This document shows, one piece after another, positions 22,795-34,887 of a stretch of DNA of 64,000 nucleotides (positions are counted from its first letter, which is position 1; every line of letters begins with the position of its first letter). This DNA is from Lophium mytilinum (Eukaryota): assembly GCA_010093605.1 (NCBI GenBank), contig MU004181.1, forward strand, positions 2,976,001-3,040,000. Reading direction: 5' to 3'. The notes beneath the pieces are model-generated. The model saw nothing but the letters and a program-made list of their open reading frames with translations, did not search any database and was not told the DNA's origin. Position numbers and translations under genes: made by a program.

Positions 22795-24732
22795 GATGGA
22801 GTGTGTTGTGGCCTCTGAGGCGCACTATAGATGCTAAGATACCCGTACTCAACGGTATAAAAATTTCTCAATGGACGATGCAGGAAGAACGCTGGAGAAG
22901 CACCAGGGAAAAGATCCTTCAAGCGGTGGAGCGGTGTACAAGAGTGGCGGTCTGGCGTCCTTATATGTAATACCGGCTAAGCAGCACTCGGACATATGGT
23001 GCTGGGTAAGAGTCGTGAAAGAGTCTGCGCAGGTGATGAACGGAGGATTAGAAAGTGTCGTTGCAAGCACCATGCCTGCAATAACGCCGCGGTCGCGCGA
23101 CTGCCGGCCACCAAGTAGGCCTCACTGCGCGGTATTTCAGCATAGTTCGTGTTGCAATTGGCCCTTCCCCGTCATGTTTACCCGCACTGGGGCACCTGCG
23201 ATCAAGTGTGGAGAGCGGCGCGCCGATCGAAGTAACGCCGCAGCGGAGAAGGTGCAGGGAATTGCGAGCATGATGTCAAAGGCATCGTGTGCAAGCTGCG
23301 CCGGACTGCCCCTTTCGGGTATGCCGTGCTCGAAGAGCCTCGATGGTAGCGATGCGCCCCCAACGGCGAAACACTGGGATGCTGGCCGAACACCCATGGA
23401 ACAGCCATGCCGTGCAGCGACCCATGCTCCCCGCGCTTCAGCCTCCGCGTTCCAACCTCGTGGTCCGGATGCTCTCCGGGACGTCGCCTCCCTCGTGCCA
23501 TCTATCCACACCTTCTCCAGACATCAACCCCAGCTGCCCAGACAACCCCAGATTCCCACTCGGCATTCGGCATTCTGCATTTGGGTCGACCTTTCCCCAG
23601 GTCCAGAGAGCTGCTCGCGTGAGACCCTGCCCCATTTGTATCGTTGTTCCGCTGTCATGCTCTGCTCAGCTGCAGATCGAGAGGGGTCGGGGAACACACT
23701 GTGCCTGTCTCTTCCTGTACCGCCAGACCAAACCTTCGCAGCTGCTCGAGCTACTGCTGTTTGACCATGAGTTTGTCGTCTTGAGCTTCTTTCTCCGCGT
23801 GATTATCGTAACAGCAACGTCCCTGAAGCTCGTTCTACAAGAAAGTGTAAGTTCATGAATAATAATAGACGTGAAGGAAACGCAGGCAGGACGGACTAGC
23901 TTTGTTCTAGGAAAGAGTTTCAAGAACCTGGAAGACACGCAGCACTTGCATCGACCTCGGGCTCGCTAGTAGCTGCACTAGTGAATATATGTTCCTCCTC
24001 CATTCCTGACCCTGCGGAGTTAGTATTACCACTTCTTCGGCGTCTCCCTCCATTCAGCTTGTGCCCGAGATACGCCTTCTATGTTGCCTCTTCTATGCAA
24101 GCATCTTCGCCATGGATCTCGGCTCTTGAGATGCCGCTGAGGCGGCGAGACGTTCGATATCTAGCTTGAATATGCTCCGGATTTCCCAAACGGGCCATTC
24201 CGGCACCAAAACACCTCCCCTTCACCGACTACGATTGAACGAAGCATGTAACCTGCGCCACAATGCTCAAGCTTGCTTCCTAGAGACGGTCAGTGTGTCT
24301 GGCCAAGGTATATTCATTACTTTGTGGAAATACTACCACCTGAATGTCGGCTCGCTTGCTGACATAGAAACTAGCTCTCCTGAAATCGCAGCGAATACAA
24401 TGTTGTCACCATTACCAAGTCGTATGCCGGGAGGCCTTTTGAACCGTCGCATTGGCTATATCAGCTACAGCACAACAGCTTTTCGAGCTTTTCACTCTTC
24501 CTCCTTAGAGGCCGAAAGCAAGAAGGACCACTACCCGTAGTGCATCCGCCACTCGCCATCGAGAAACACACCAAGTTGAAACCCCCCTTATGACCGTGTC
24601 GATACTGTACGCAGAACAAGCCCGCCCAATACCGAAGCAATCCTGTCAGCTCGATGCCGACTAGGAAGGAAGAAAATTAAGAGAAGAGGAGGATCATGCA
24701 ACATGTGCCCGACCGAAGAAGGCCACAATCAC

Positions 24733-26562
24733 CTACCAGCCGTTGGTCTGGGCGGCCACATCTCCTCCACCCCAGCTATCGCCACCGGCAGCAGGAGTGG
24801 CACTGTCACCGCCCCAACCACCGGCACTACTAGCACCAGCGTCACCGAAGCCAGCATCAGCGCCAGCACCACCGAAACCACTGTCGCCGAATCCGCCATC
24901 AGCGCCCTCCTCAGGCACGGGTTGCTTGCAGCGCTTGACGGTGTGTCCCACTATGATGAGTCAGTACGGTTATGGGACTTAAATCATCAAAGGATGACTT
25001 ACTCTCTCCGCAGTTGCCGCACTTGACCTTCGACCAGTCCTTGGGTTCAGGGCAGTCACGGGAGAAGTGACCCATCTTCTCACAGTTGCGGCAAGTCACG
25101 TTGTCGGGGTTACGCGGCTTGTCGCACTCCTTGGACATGTGGCCTTCCTCACCGCAGCTAAGAAACGGTCAGCAAGAGAGTAAAAGAAGAGAAAGCTGGA
25201 ATACATACTTGCGGCATCCGCGAGGGCCTGCTTCAAAGTTCGGGCAATCCTTCGAGAAGTGGCCAGTCTCGTGGCAACGACGGCACTCGACACCTTCAGC
25301 AGAACGAGGCTCCGGGCATTCTTTGGCATCATGGCCGGACTTTTTGCAGTTGCGGCAGGCGTACCGGTCGACACGCTCCTCCGTGCAGTCGCGAGCACGA
25401 TGACCTTTCTCGTTGCAGATGTAGCAAGTAACAACAAGAACCTCGCGCTCCTCGGGTTCTTGCTCGCAATTCTTCTGAATATGGCCAAGTTCTACAATGG
25501 TCAGCAAAGGTTGTCAAACTTGGTTGGTATCTGCTTACCATTGCATCGCGAGCAGATCGGGATGCCGCGATCCTCGATGAACCCTGCGTCGGCAAGACGC
25601 TCCTGGTTCTCTTCTTCGGTCGCAGGATAGCCTTCCTTCATCTTCGCACGACGAGGCTTGAGAGAGAACTGGAAGCCAACAACATACTTCTTGTTGAGGT
25701 TGCCTTGGAAGTCGACGATCGTCAGGTGTTTCTCGATCTCCTGCTCACGCGCCACGAGCCATATGCTCGACTTGTCTTCACGTAGAGCCTTTTCAACCTG
25801 GACGAAGCTGAACTCGTCACCCATCGCACGCGCATATGCTTTCAGCGCCTTCCGGAAATCGTCGAGGTCTCGAGCGACGCCGGCGTTGACGATGAGCTTC
25901 CAAGCTTCCGTCGCGTCGATATCGTCGACACCCTTCCAGTCACGAGCACGGCGCTCAGTGCAGTCAACAGCGTTGTGTCCTGTCGCAGGCAGGTCAGTAG
26001 ATGTCTTGCGGCTGGAGGATCTCCCTTGACTTACCGGGCTGGTTGCAATTCTTGCACAGCGAGGGTGGCTTGGTAGGACAGTCACGGATGCCATGGCCCT
26101 CCTCGCCACAGTGACGGCAAGTACCCGTGAAGGGGCGATCGACCTTTGGGTTCGGGCAGTCGGCCTTGTTGTGGCCTACTTCGCCGCAGTTGTAGCATTC
26201 CCCAGTCATGGCAGGCTTGTCCGGGCATTCGCGCGCTATGTGTCCAGGCTGCTGGCAGCTACACCGATGTGAGTGGTCGCGCAGAGAAAAATAGAGGAGA
26301 GAGTACATACACACGGCAGAGGCCATCACCTCCTCCTCCAGCATCGCCGCCGGCGCCTCCAAAGCCGGTCGATTCTCCTCCTCCGAACCCTCCGCTGAAG
26401 CCATTGGCGTCGCTAGTACTAGCATCGCCAGCGCCCCACTCGCCTGCGGCAGCGCCACTGCCGTCTTCCCAGCCACCGCTGGCAGCTATGGTCATGTCAG
26501 TAAGGTACGGACGGGGGAAAAGGAGTCGAGGTCAGCGTACCACCAGTGTTGTCCCAGCTCAT
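24733..26562 (-). CDS. Multi-CCHC zinc-knuckle nucleic-acid-binding protein (CnjB-like)
   Basis: About 11 CX2CX4HX4C knuckles in two blocks (4 + 7) around a helical domain; Gly-rich termini with GW/WG and GFG motifs; about 7 exons. Confidence 0.9.
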
Positions 26563-28175
26563 TTTGATTGACTGGAGTATCGCAACGAGAGAAAGGCTAA
26601 GACAAGGTCAAGGTTAGCTGGCGTTGGTAGACGAGTGGCGAAGGTGAGGTCGACGCGTCGAGATGCGATGACTTGGATGGAGCAGTACCTTGGAAGCTAG
26701 AAGCGATGAGTGTCAACAGTCCTGTGTAGACGAAGCGGTGAGTTCGCACGAGCAAGTAGGGTGAGGGGGGAAGGGAGCAGAGCGTTGCGTGTTGACGTAG
26801 CGGCCGCCGTGATAGACGTCGCGACGGCAAACACAAATGCGGGTGAGGGCAGCGGAGGAGACGAGCGATGACCTACCAGAGATGTACAGAGGTGCAGCTG
26901 CTGTCAGTGAAGCCTGCGTCGAGATGTTGCGAGGTGTTGTGACACACGACGAAGATAATGTGTGGTGTAGAGGTGACGGAGCGAGCAGAGGCGGACGGGT
27001 TGAAATAGTCGAGCGGGCGGCCAGGCAACGGGCGTGGAGCGTCCTGGATCACAACAGAAGAGCTGCCACGAGGAAGAGACGCGATAGGCGCGGTCCTAGC
27101 CTTCCTAGAGACGCCGCTGGACAGCGCACCTCATCTAGAGATATTCTAAGCCGAGCAGCTCAGCGAAACATCATTTCCCCTCGCCCGCTCCGCCATCGAG
27201 GCCGAGTCGCGGCTTCCTGAACAGCCAGCGACCCTCCACCCATTTTCGTCCGCAGCCAGCTCGGCGAGCAGCACGAAGCGCTTCATTCTCGTTCCAAGGT
27301 GCTGCATATGGCACAAGTCTACGGATTCGACATGGCGCTCAACACACTGAACGACCGCAGAAGTTTCCATCCACCATGCGAGGGGACAGCATTCTACCTA
27401 CCTACAAATTTGTCAAGAGGCATTCAGAAGCCCACGCTTGGGAACTGAAGCGCCAGCGCTCGGCCGCCAGCAGTTCGGCGTAAGCCAATACTGACGACAG
27501 CTGTGAAGGGAGGAGTAGGGACGTAACGAGTACCGCACGGCGAGTATGGATAGAATATAATCCAAAAGCAAGCATAGAGGTCTAGATTCACCCGATAGTG
27601 GCAACCTTGAAATCCAGTCCAAAGCCACGGGGTAGGAGAAGCTGCAGTGGAATAGGAGAAAGGACAAGGTAACCCCTGTGCGGGACTACGGAAATGGCGC
27701 TCCGAGCGTCATCTCAGATATGCTGACATAAAGAAAAGGGCTAGGGGAGCGTCTTTCAGATGAGTGGCGGCTTGAGCGAACAATGAAGGAAAGGAGGATC
27801 ACAAGTGGAACAGTTACTTCATATGAAGCACAGGGGAAGATCTCAGCGGTAACCTGGCATAGAAAAGAAACACGCACATTTATCAATACCCAGACCGATT
27901 GTAGAAGTGATCATTAGACCTTATGTTGTAGTCTAATACTGGTATCATGCTAGTGCTAAACTGCTCTCATAAACACCGCTTACTCGCTTCCTCAGGTTTA
28001 GTGACACAAATCCCCGCATAACGCGGCACATATGCAAGCAATGAAAAACCAACGCACAATTCGGCAAGATATTGTTCTCTACAGCCTCCCTTGGATATGC
28101 CCATGGACCGCAGAGTACGAAAACAGTGCGTGGGTGGTCCCAGCAAATCCAATCTCCAAAGTACACGCTCTTGAC

Positions 28176-31100
28176 TTACACACCGCGGAACTAGGATATC
28201 GTCAGCTAACACAGCCCATTGGGAGTAGCGTGGGGCTTGCGGGAACGTGAGACTTACCATTCGTACAACCAAAAACCACATGGCACCGATGAATCTGAAA
28301 GCACTGAGACCTGCCACACTCCACAAGATCACCGTCAGGTAGATCTGAGCCTTGCGTTGCTCATCCGTATCTGCCTTGCCATCCTTGGAAGCAACACTCA
28401 ATCCACCCGTCTGGAGGACCACGGCACAGAGCGCCAGATTACAGAACATCCATAACAGAACGACGGAAGATCGGAATCCTTTGTAGTAATCTTCCTGCTT
28501 GTCCGAAGCGCTCGCTTCCTTCTTCGGTTCAACATATTTAGTGTCGAAGACGCGCAGTTCCGCCTCGTATTGGGTATTGAGATCTGCATCGTCCGTGGGT
28601 GCTGTGATATTTGCTTTTCCGTCTGGCTTCGTTGTCACCGAGGGTAGTTTCTCGGCCTTGTCGTCTCCTTTCGTGCCCCACGTGATGTCGTGCGTGTTGC
28701 AGAAAGCATACACGTTGAGAATGTTGATGTAAGTAGGTGTCATGAGGAGATACTGGATGAACGACGTGAACATATGCCATGGATCCAGGAAAATGATTGA
28801 CACGAGAAGATAGAGGACGTAGGTTGACAGCATCGAAACAATCAGCGTGAAGAAGGTCTTGTCGGTGAAGATATCGTGGAAGGTGAGACCGTCTTTGGAA
28901 TGGATCTCGGCTTGAACGGATTTGACGGTGATGAATATTGAAGCAAATAAGAGATAGCTAAACAGCTGTTAGAGTAATCCTGCGAAACAAGAGAGTCAAG
29001 CTTACGCCATGATAATGCACCAAAAGTACACCATGCTCATGTAAAACTTATTGGAACCTTGAGGTCGATTGCCAAGTGATAGCACGAAGCAAGTCACTAG
29101 GGTTGCCAAATATGTCCACTCAAAGACGACGAACAGGACTTTGCCTGCAGTGCCTAGCAAGTCTGCTAATGAGTTGGTCAAGATGTGGAAAACCAGGAAA
29201 AAGTTGCCCTATTGGAAGTGTTAAGAGGGCGTCTTCACCGTCTCTGGATATGATCACTTACAATGGCAAACCATGCAAACAGCATGCTGATCGTCTGATA
29301 AAAGAACTCAATCAGGAACATGAACTTGCGGATAAACGTGTGGTCGCTTCTGAAGATCTCATGAGAATGAGCGAGGGCATACACGGCAGCGAAAAAACTG
29401 CCGTTGAGCCATCTTCGGCGCTGCAGGATGAAATCGGCCATCTCAACAGGCACGTCAGTCTCGCCAGTGGCTGACTTGACGTATTGCAAGATCCAGTGGC
29501 AATTCCTTTTGGAAACCAGTTCGAAACAGAGGATACGATCTTCCGCAAGGTACATGTTGGCGGTAAATATGCCAGCATTGGCGCCATGCATCTTCTCGCC
29601 GGCAAAGTATTTCTCTAGCGGTCCATTTCCGGTCTTGTCATTTTGCAAAGCCACGAATCGATAAGCCGAAAAGGCACCTGGGAGCACGGAGATGAACCCA
29701 AACGCCGATTCGAGCGGCTTGTCAAGAATGTTGCTCATCTTGTACTCAAAGTTCTGTGTTGCGACAAGTGGGTTGAGAAGTTTCTTGCCATGCTCCAACA
29801 TGGCTTTGATCTCTCCACAGGCACCACCGCACATTGGTTCCAGATCGAAACACTTCCAGAGTTGATACACAGAGTCCTTTCCAGGCTTGGTACCGGCATC
29901 GATAAGAACGCAAATGTTGGGGTCTAGAACGGCTCCGAAAGCCTGGAAGAACCATCGATGCGAGTTGATCTTTTTCTGGTTCTTCTCCTTTAGGCAGAAG
30001 AGAACTTGAACTGGTGTTACGCCTTTCTTGACGTTGACAATTCCCTTTTTGATTTCGACAGTCATTTGGGTAGTGTACTAGTCACTTTGTCAGCTTTATG
30101 CCTTACTTCTTCACCTGCTTTACCTACTTCGTAAATATGCGCGGTGACATCCTTGCCGTTGACCTGCTGCTTCGCGATGCCATCCTGGTATACTCCTAAG
30201 CCAGCGAGTACAGCTCTAGTCCGCGGGTTGATCTTAGCTCGGCCATCGCTGACCACACACACGACAATTTTCTTCCATGCATCTTTGCCCCATGTTTTGC
30301 TATTTGTCCTAGAGTTCATATATTCAATGTTCTTGATGACTCCGGACATTGTCCGCGCGAATAACTCGTCCTCTTCGTTGTACATGGTGATGACGATGAA
30401 TAGCTCCGTATGTCTTGGCTTGGCGAACAGCTTCTGCCTCAGAGTGAAACGCTCTTCGAAGAAGTGCGCCGGATCGCAGGTTGCGGCAGAATATCGCATG
30501 TGCGTAAATTCGTCGCGCTCTGGCGGTGCGGCATGGTTGACTTGATTGAGTAGCCTTGGAGGAATCGGGCAATCTAGCACTAGGTTGCCTTTGAACAGCT
30601 GCACTTCCTTCACGGTTTTCCATCTCTTCAATGGCGTAGGACTCGGTGCCGGGGCCGGCTCGTCGTGGTATTCTTCGCCGTGTGGGCTCAAGCCGCCTGG
30701 ACTTGTAGGTGAGTGTGGATCTGGCCCATACGGGTTCTCAGGCTGCAACATCGGCCTGTCGTCTGCATCATCTTGCCAGTAGTGTTGGTCTGGGACTCCA
30801 GGGTGAGGATCATAGCCCTGGTTGAAGTATGCGTCTTGGTGATCTTGGGGGGATATCGCGTATTCTCCGCCTTGGGGATGAGGGTTGTATGGGCCAGGGG
30901 AGTAGCGATGGTCGGTTTCGTAGACTTCGTTATGGCCATATGAGGTGTTTATGTTTTCAACTGAGTACTGTGCCCAAATGTCAGCCCAGGCTCCGCCGCG
31001 TTCTGCTCCATTTCCCACTCACAGTAGGCTGTGCCTGTAGTCTGTCTCCTGGAGTGCCCGGTCCTGGCCCTGGGCCCATGGGGATTTCTAGAGGCGCGCC

Positions 31101-31196
31101 TGGAGAGGTTGAGGGGAGGTATGGCCTGTCATCGAGCTGATAGCCCTGAAGGGGATGGCCTGGCGACGGCGAGCGCCCTGTTCTTCGAGGATCCAT
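28176..31196 (-). CDS. Chitin synthase, probably class I
   Basis: [57 protein letters not shown]; last exon FRGV*. Confidence 0.95.
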
Positions 31197-32886
31197 TCCG
31201 GCGTCGTAGTGTTCGCTTTCTTCGCCTTGGGACCCTATGAAAGTTGAGTGTCAGTTGGGTGAATTCACTCGGCGCAACAAATTGCGACAACTATGGGGCA
31301 CGGAATCGTAGGAGCCGGCCTCCACAACTTCTGTGGTCATTCAAGGAGCTGGGGCCGTATGTAGCACCGCCGACGTGGATCTGGGGCAATGCAATAGACA
31401 AAGGGCCATAGCCCCCTCCAAGACAAGAGAAGCCTTCACTCACCAAGTCTGTTGTAGCGGGACATTGCAACTGTCTGGCGGCCTCTGTGAGCTGGCCCTG
31501 ACTGGCTGATCCCCGGAAATGATCGCGTAGGCAAGGAAACGCGAGTGAAGGCTGTGGAATGCGCCGAGGGGTCGTGCTGCGGATCGGCAGAGTCGTTTCA
31601 AGTGTGTTTTGGCCGCGTGTTTACGCTGGCGCAGTGGCAACGGGCAACGAGAGACCAACAATACAGAGCCTACAGCCACGGGATGAATGGATGAGGAGAA
31701 AGATGCAACGAGGGTGGATGGAAATGCAGTAAATAGCGTCCGGTCAGCTGTGTCTCAGCCGCGCTAGGAACGGTGTAGTGAGCCTTGGGAGATCGCAGGC
31801 AAGTCGGGGGGGTCTCAGCATCTTCAGCCACGCCGCCACGACAACCCTCGCAGCCACTACCCGGTCAAGCATCTTCCAAGTTTATATCTAAATTAGGAAA
31901 CGTGACAAAGACGCGCGCTTTCTTGGAGAAGCTGCGGCTGCATGGCGATGTGGTTGCCCTTTCTCACATCTCTTGGCTTTCTGAAAACGACTATATATGC
32001 GTCGAGAGGTTTTTGTCCACTGTTGTTCGACTATCATTCTAGACTTGGCTCCCACGCTCCCTGGCTCTCAGCCGTTCAGCTCTAAGCCTCAGCCCAGCTT
32101 CTAGGAGTTACAAGCGACAAGCGCGATGCCTTATCCTGAAAGCTAGAAAGCAGTAGGCATAGCGTAGCTACCGGGTACCGTTCAGTCTCACCCGAAAGTT
32201 CCGGAATTAGGGCTGGGCAGTCGCAAACTCCTTCTACCTAGTTGAAATGAGCGGTCAGTGCGTACTCTAGAAGAGGAAGAAGGTACCCAGTATCCTATGA
32301 AGTTTCAACCTTATAGGAAAGTTATTGAAGAAGTGTACTTATATCTCTGAATCTTGCTATGAAAAAGTGATCACCCCTGAGCCTGAAAACTTTCAATACT
32401 TGTGTCAAGATGTTGAACCTGCTTTGAAACCGCAGCTTGACCTACATAGGTAGTCATGGCCATCGATATATTGCTAACTGTCTACGCTTGAATGATTCGA
32501 CACTGAAGAGCTATTAAAATCGCTACTAATGCTGTTCAAGCTCCGCCCACGGAGCAAGCCAGCCCGAGCACCATACTCCTTAGAAAGATCAGAACTCTTC
32601 ACGAATGATGTCGTTGTCAGAGGACTGGAGTAGGAAGTCACGTGCAGCCTCTCAACACCGAGCAAGCTGCAGCCACAATCCACTTCACAGTACTCAGAAG
32701 AGTTGAGATATAATTCTGTCATATTTGAACCATCTTCGTAGCATTTCAATCAACCATAACCGCTCGTAGATATGATAATGCATTGAAAGAACTACAGGCT
32801 CACTCTATTGGCCATATCTAATTGGAGGTCTGCGGCACCTTTCACCTCACACGTCTGTAGCTCCACTACCCAGATCACCCACGAAC

Positions 32887-33553
32887 ATGACTGCAGGAGA
32901 ATCAGCCGCATCAAGTGCCATGCCAGGAGAGGCTGTCAACAAGCCATCTGGCTCAATGCAGCCCGTCTCGGTCCTATTCGTCTGCTTGGGCAATATCTGT
33001 AAGATCAACCTCGATACCATTCAGGCAGAGGCTGACACCCTCAGGTCGCTCACCCATGGCCGAGGGCGTCTTCCAGCACATCGCCAAACCCAAACACGCC
33101 CCCCACCACCCTCTCATCAACCAAATCGACAGCTGCGGTACAGGAGCCTACCACATCGGCGACGGGCCAGACTCCCGCACCATGTCGACCCTCGCCGACA
33201 ACGGCATCAAATCCTACAAGCACAGAGCCCGAAAATTCAGCACCACCGACTTCACTACCTTCGACTATATCATGGCCATGGACGACGATAACGCGGACCA
33301 CCTGGTACGTCTACGGAAGCGGTTGCTGAAGCAGAATAACCTGGAGGACCATGAGTTAGGGCGAGTCATGCTCTTTGGGGAGTTTGGAGGGCGGAAAGGC
33401 GAGGAGATTGCGGATCCTTATTATGGAGCGCGGAACGGATTTGAGATTGCATATGAGCAGGTCGTGCGAATGACCAATGGCTTTCTCAAGACGCTCGAGA
33501 AGGAAGCTGCTGCGGCGGACACGGCGGCTAGTGGAGAGAAGAGCGGGCTGTGA
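32887..33553 (+). CDS. LTP1: Low-molecular-weight protein tyrosine phosphatase
   Basis: VLFVCLGNI|CRSPMAE (CX5R across one intron), DSCGTGAYH, DPYYG. Confidence 0.93.
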
Positions 33554-34006
33554 GAGACAGTCTGCGTGTTCTCGAAATTCTAACGATACCAGCTGGCTTG
33601 GTCAGAACCAACGGGCCAGTTGCATGATTGATGATACCCCCCATTAGATAGCAGGGACCTTCGTGTCACGAATCGATGCACAAGATGCCTAGTGGATTTT
33701 ACAATATAAAAGATAATTGTAACGGAATAGCATAGGCATTGCTATTGCGAGGCGTTTGTGGAAGATGATCAAGCAGTCCATGCACCAAAAAATAATCTAA
33801 AGCAGAACTAGATTCGCAAAGCTCCCTGAACTTTCCAAAGAGAGCCAGCCTAATCAGCACCGTTCAGTGTCCCAGTCTTCCTTCCATATTCCGGTAAACC
33901 TTCTCTATCAAACAAATCAGCACATCAGATTCCATTTTCGAGAACCTCCACATCACGTACCTTTCCTGCTCTATCTTTCATCGCATTCCATTTTGTAGCA
34001 GCTTAC

Positions 34007-34135
34007 TCAAGTCTTTCTCTTCCCTTCATGCTCATCGACAAAACGAGCTTCTGGTTCAAACTCAGCTATCGGGGTCCATCGCGCCGAAACACCCAACGCG
34101 AAAAAGGCCATCATGAGAATAGTGGAGGAGCGCAT
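34007..34135 (-). other. Short ORF with a signal peptide (small secreted peptide or decayed effector gene)
   Basis: 42 aa MRSSTILMMAFFALGVSA-RWTPIAEFEPEARFVDEHEGKRKT*; canonical-looking intron downstream (GTACGT...GCTGAT...TAG, about 33960-33905). Confidence 0.4.
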
Positions 34136-34887
34136 CGTGATATCAGTCTTGCTAAATCTGCTCAATCAAAGGACAGCGATGCGGTAGTCTTGCACGGAGC
34201 AGTATAGAATTGAAGAACGCGAGGGTTTGGGTTGAGGTATGAACAAAATGGAGTACGGATGTGCTTCTATATCTATTGCTCTCATGGTCGAAACGTGGCT
34301 CTTAGGATGGCCGCGTCATGGATTTCGTAGGTGGTGGCTCCATTGCGGCGAGGTAAGTGCCTACAGGATCTCGAAGGGAGCTGGACGTCGGTTTTAGGGT
34401 TGTGTCGTGAGCTATTGCAACACAATGAATAGACCAGGAACTATCATTTACCAAACACCCCATCAAGCATCATGATCTTAGCTTGAGAATCTATCGATTC
34501 ACTGTTTATCAACAACTGCGCATGCAGTCGCGCAACCTGTGAATACACCTCTTAGCTTCATGTGGAATGGGAGTCGACTACATGTGCACTGCCTCAATCC
34601 GCCGCTGTAGGACTGTAGAGGACACATTTAGGTCACGGATACATCAGATTTGCAAAGTAGGTAAACAAGGGTAGCTTCACTACCTAGTATTTCTCAGTTA
34701 TGTTATGCTGGTGGTTAACTACCAGGTCGCATTCAAACACTACAAAATTAGGATATTTCATATGGATTGCATTTAGGTGGCTTCATTTCTACTCAAAAAA
34801 CCCCACAGGATAGGATAAGGATCCATGTCCTTCGTACTCTCTCAAAAATATGAATCCTCCTTGTAGTGATAGGCATCAATCACCCAC

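Noticed and set aside
22871..23858. 297-aa and 189-aa plus-strand ORFs upstream of the sugar transporter
   Set aside because: No recognisable motifs; composition typical of chance ORFs in GC-rich promoter DNA.
32240..32760. Coding-looking fragments between the chitin synthase and LTP1
   Set aside because: Short frames broken by stops with no identifiable family; a gene model cannot be supported.
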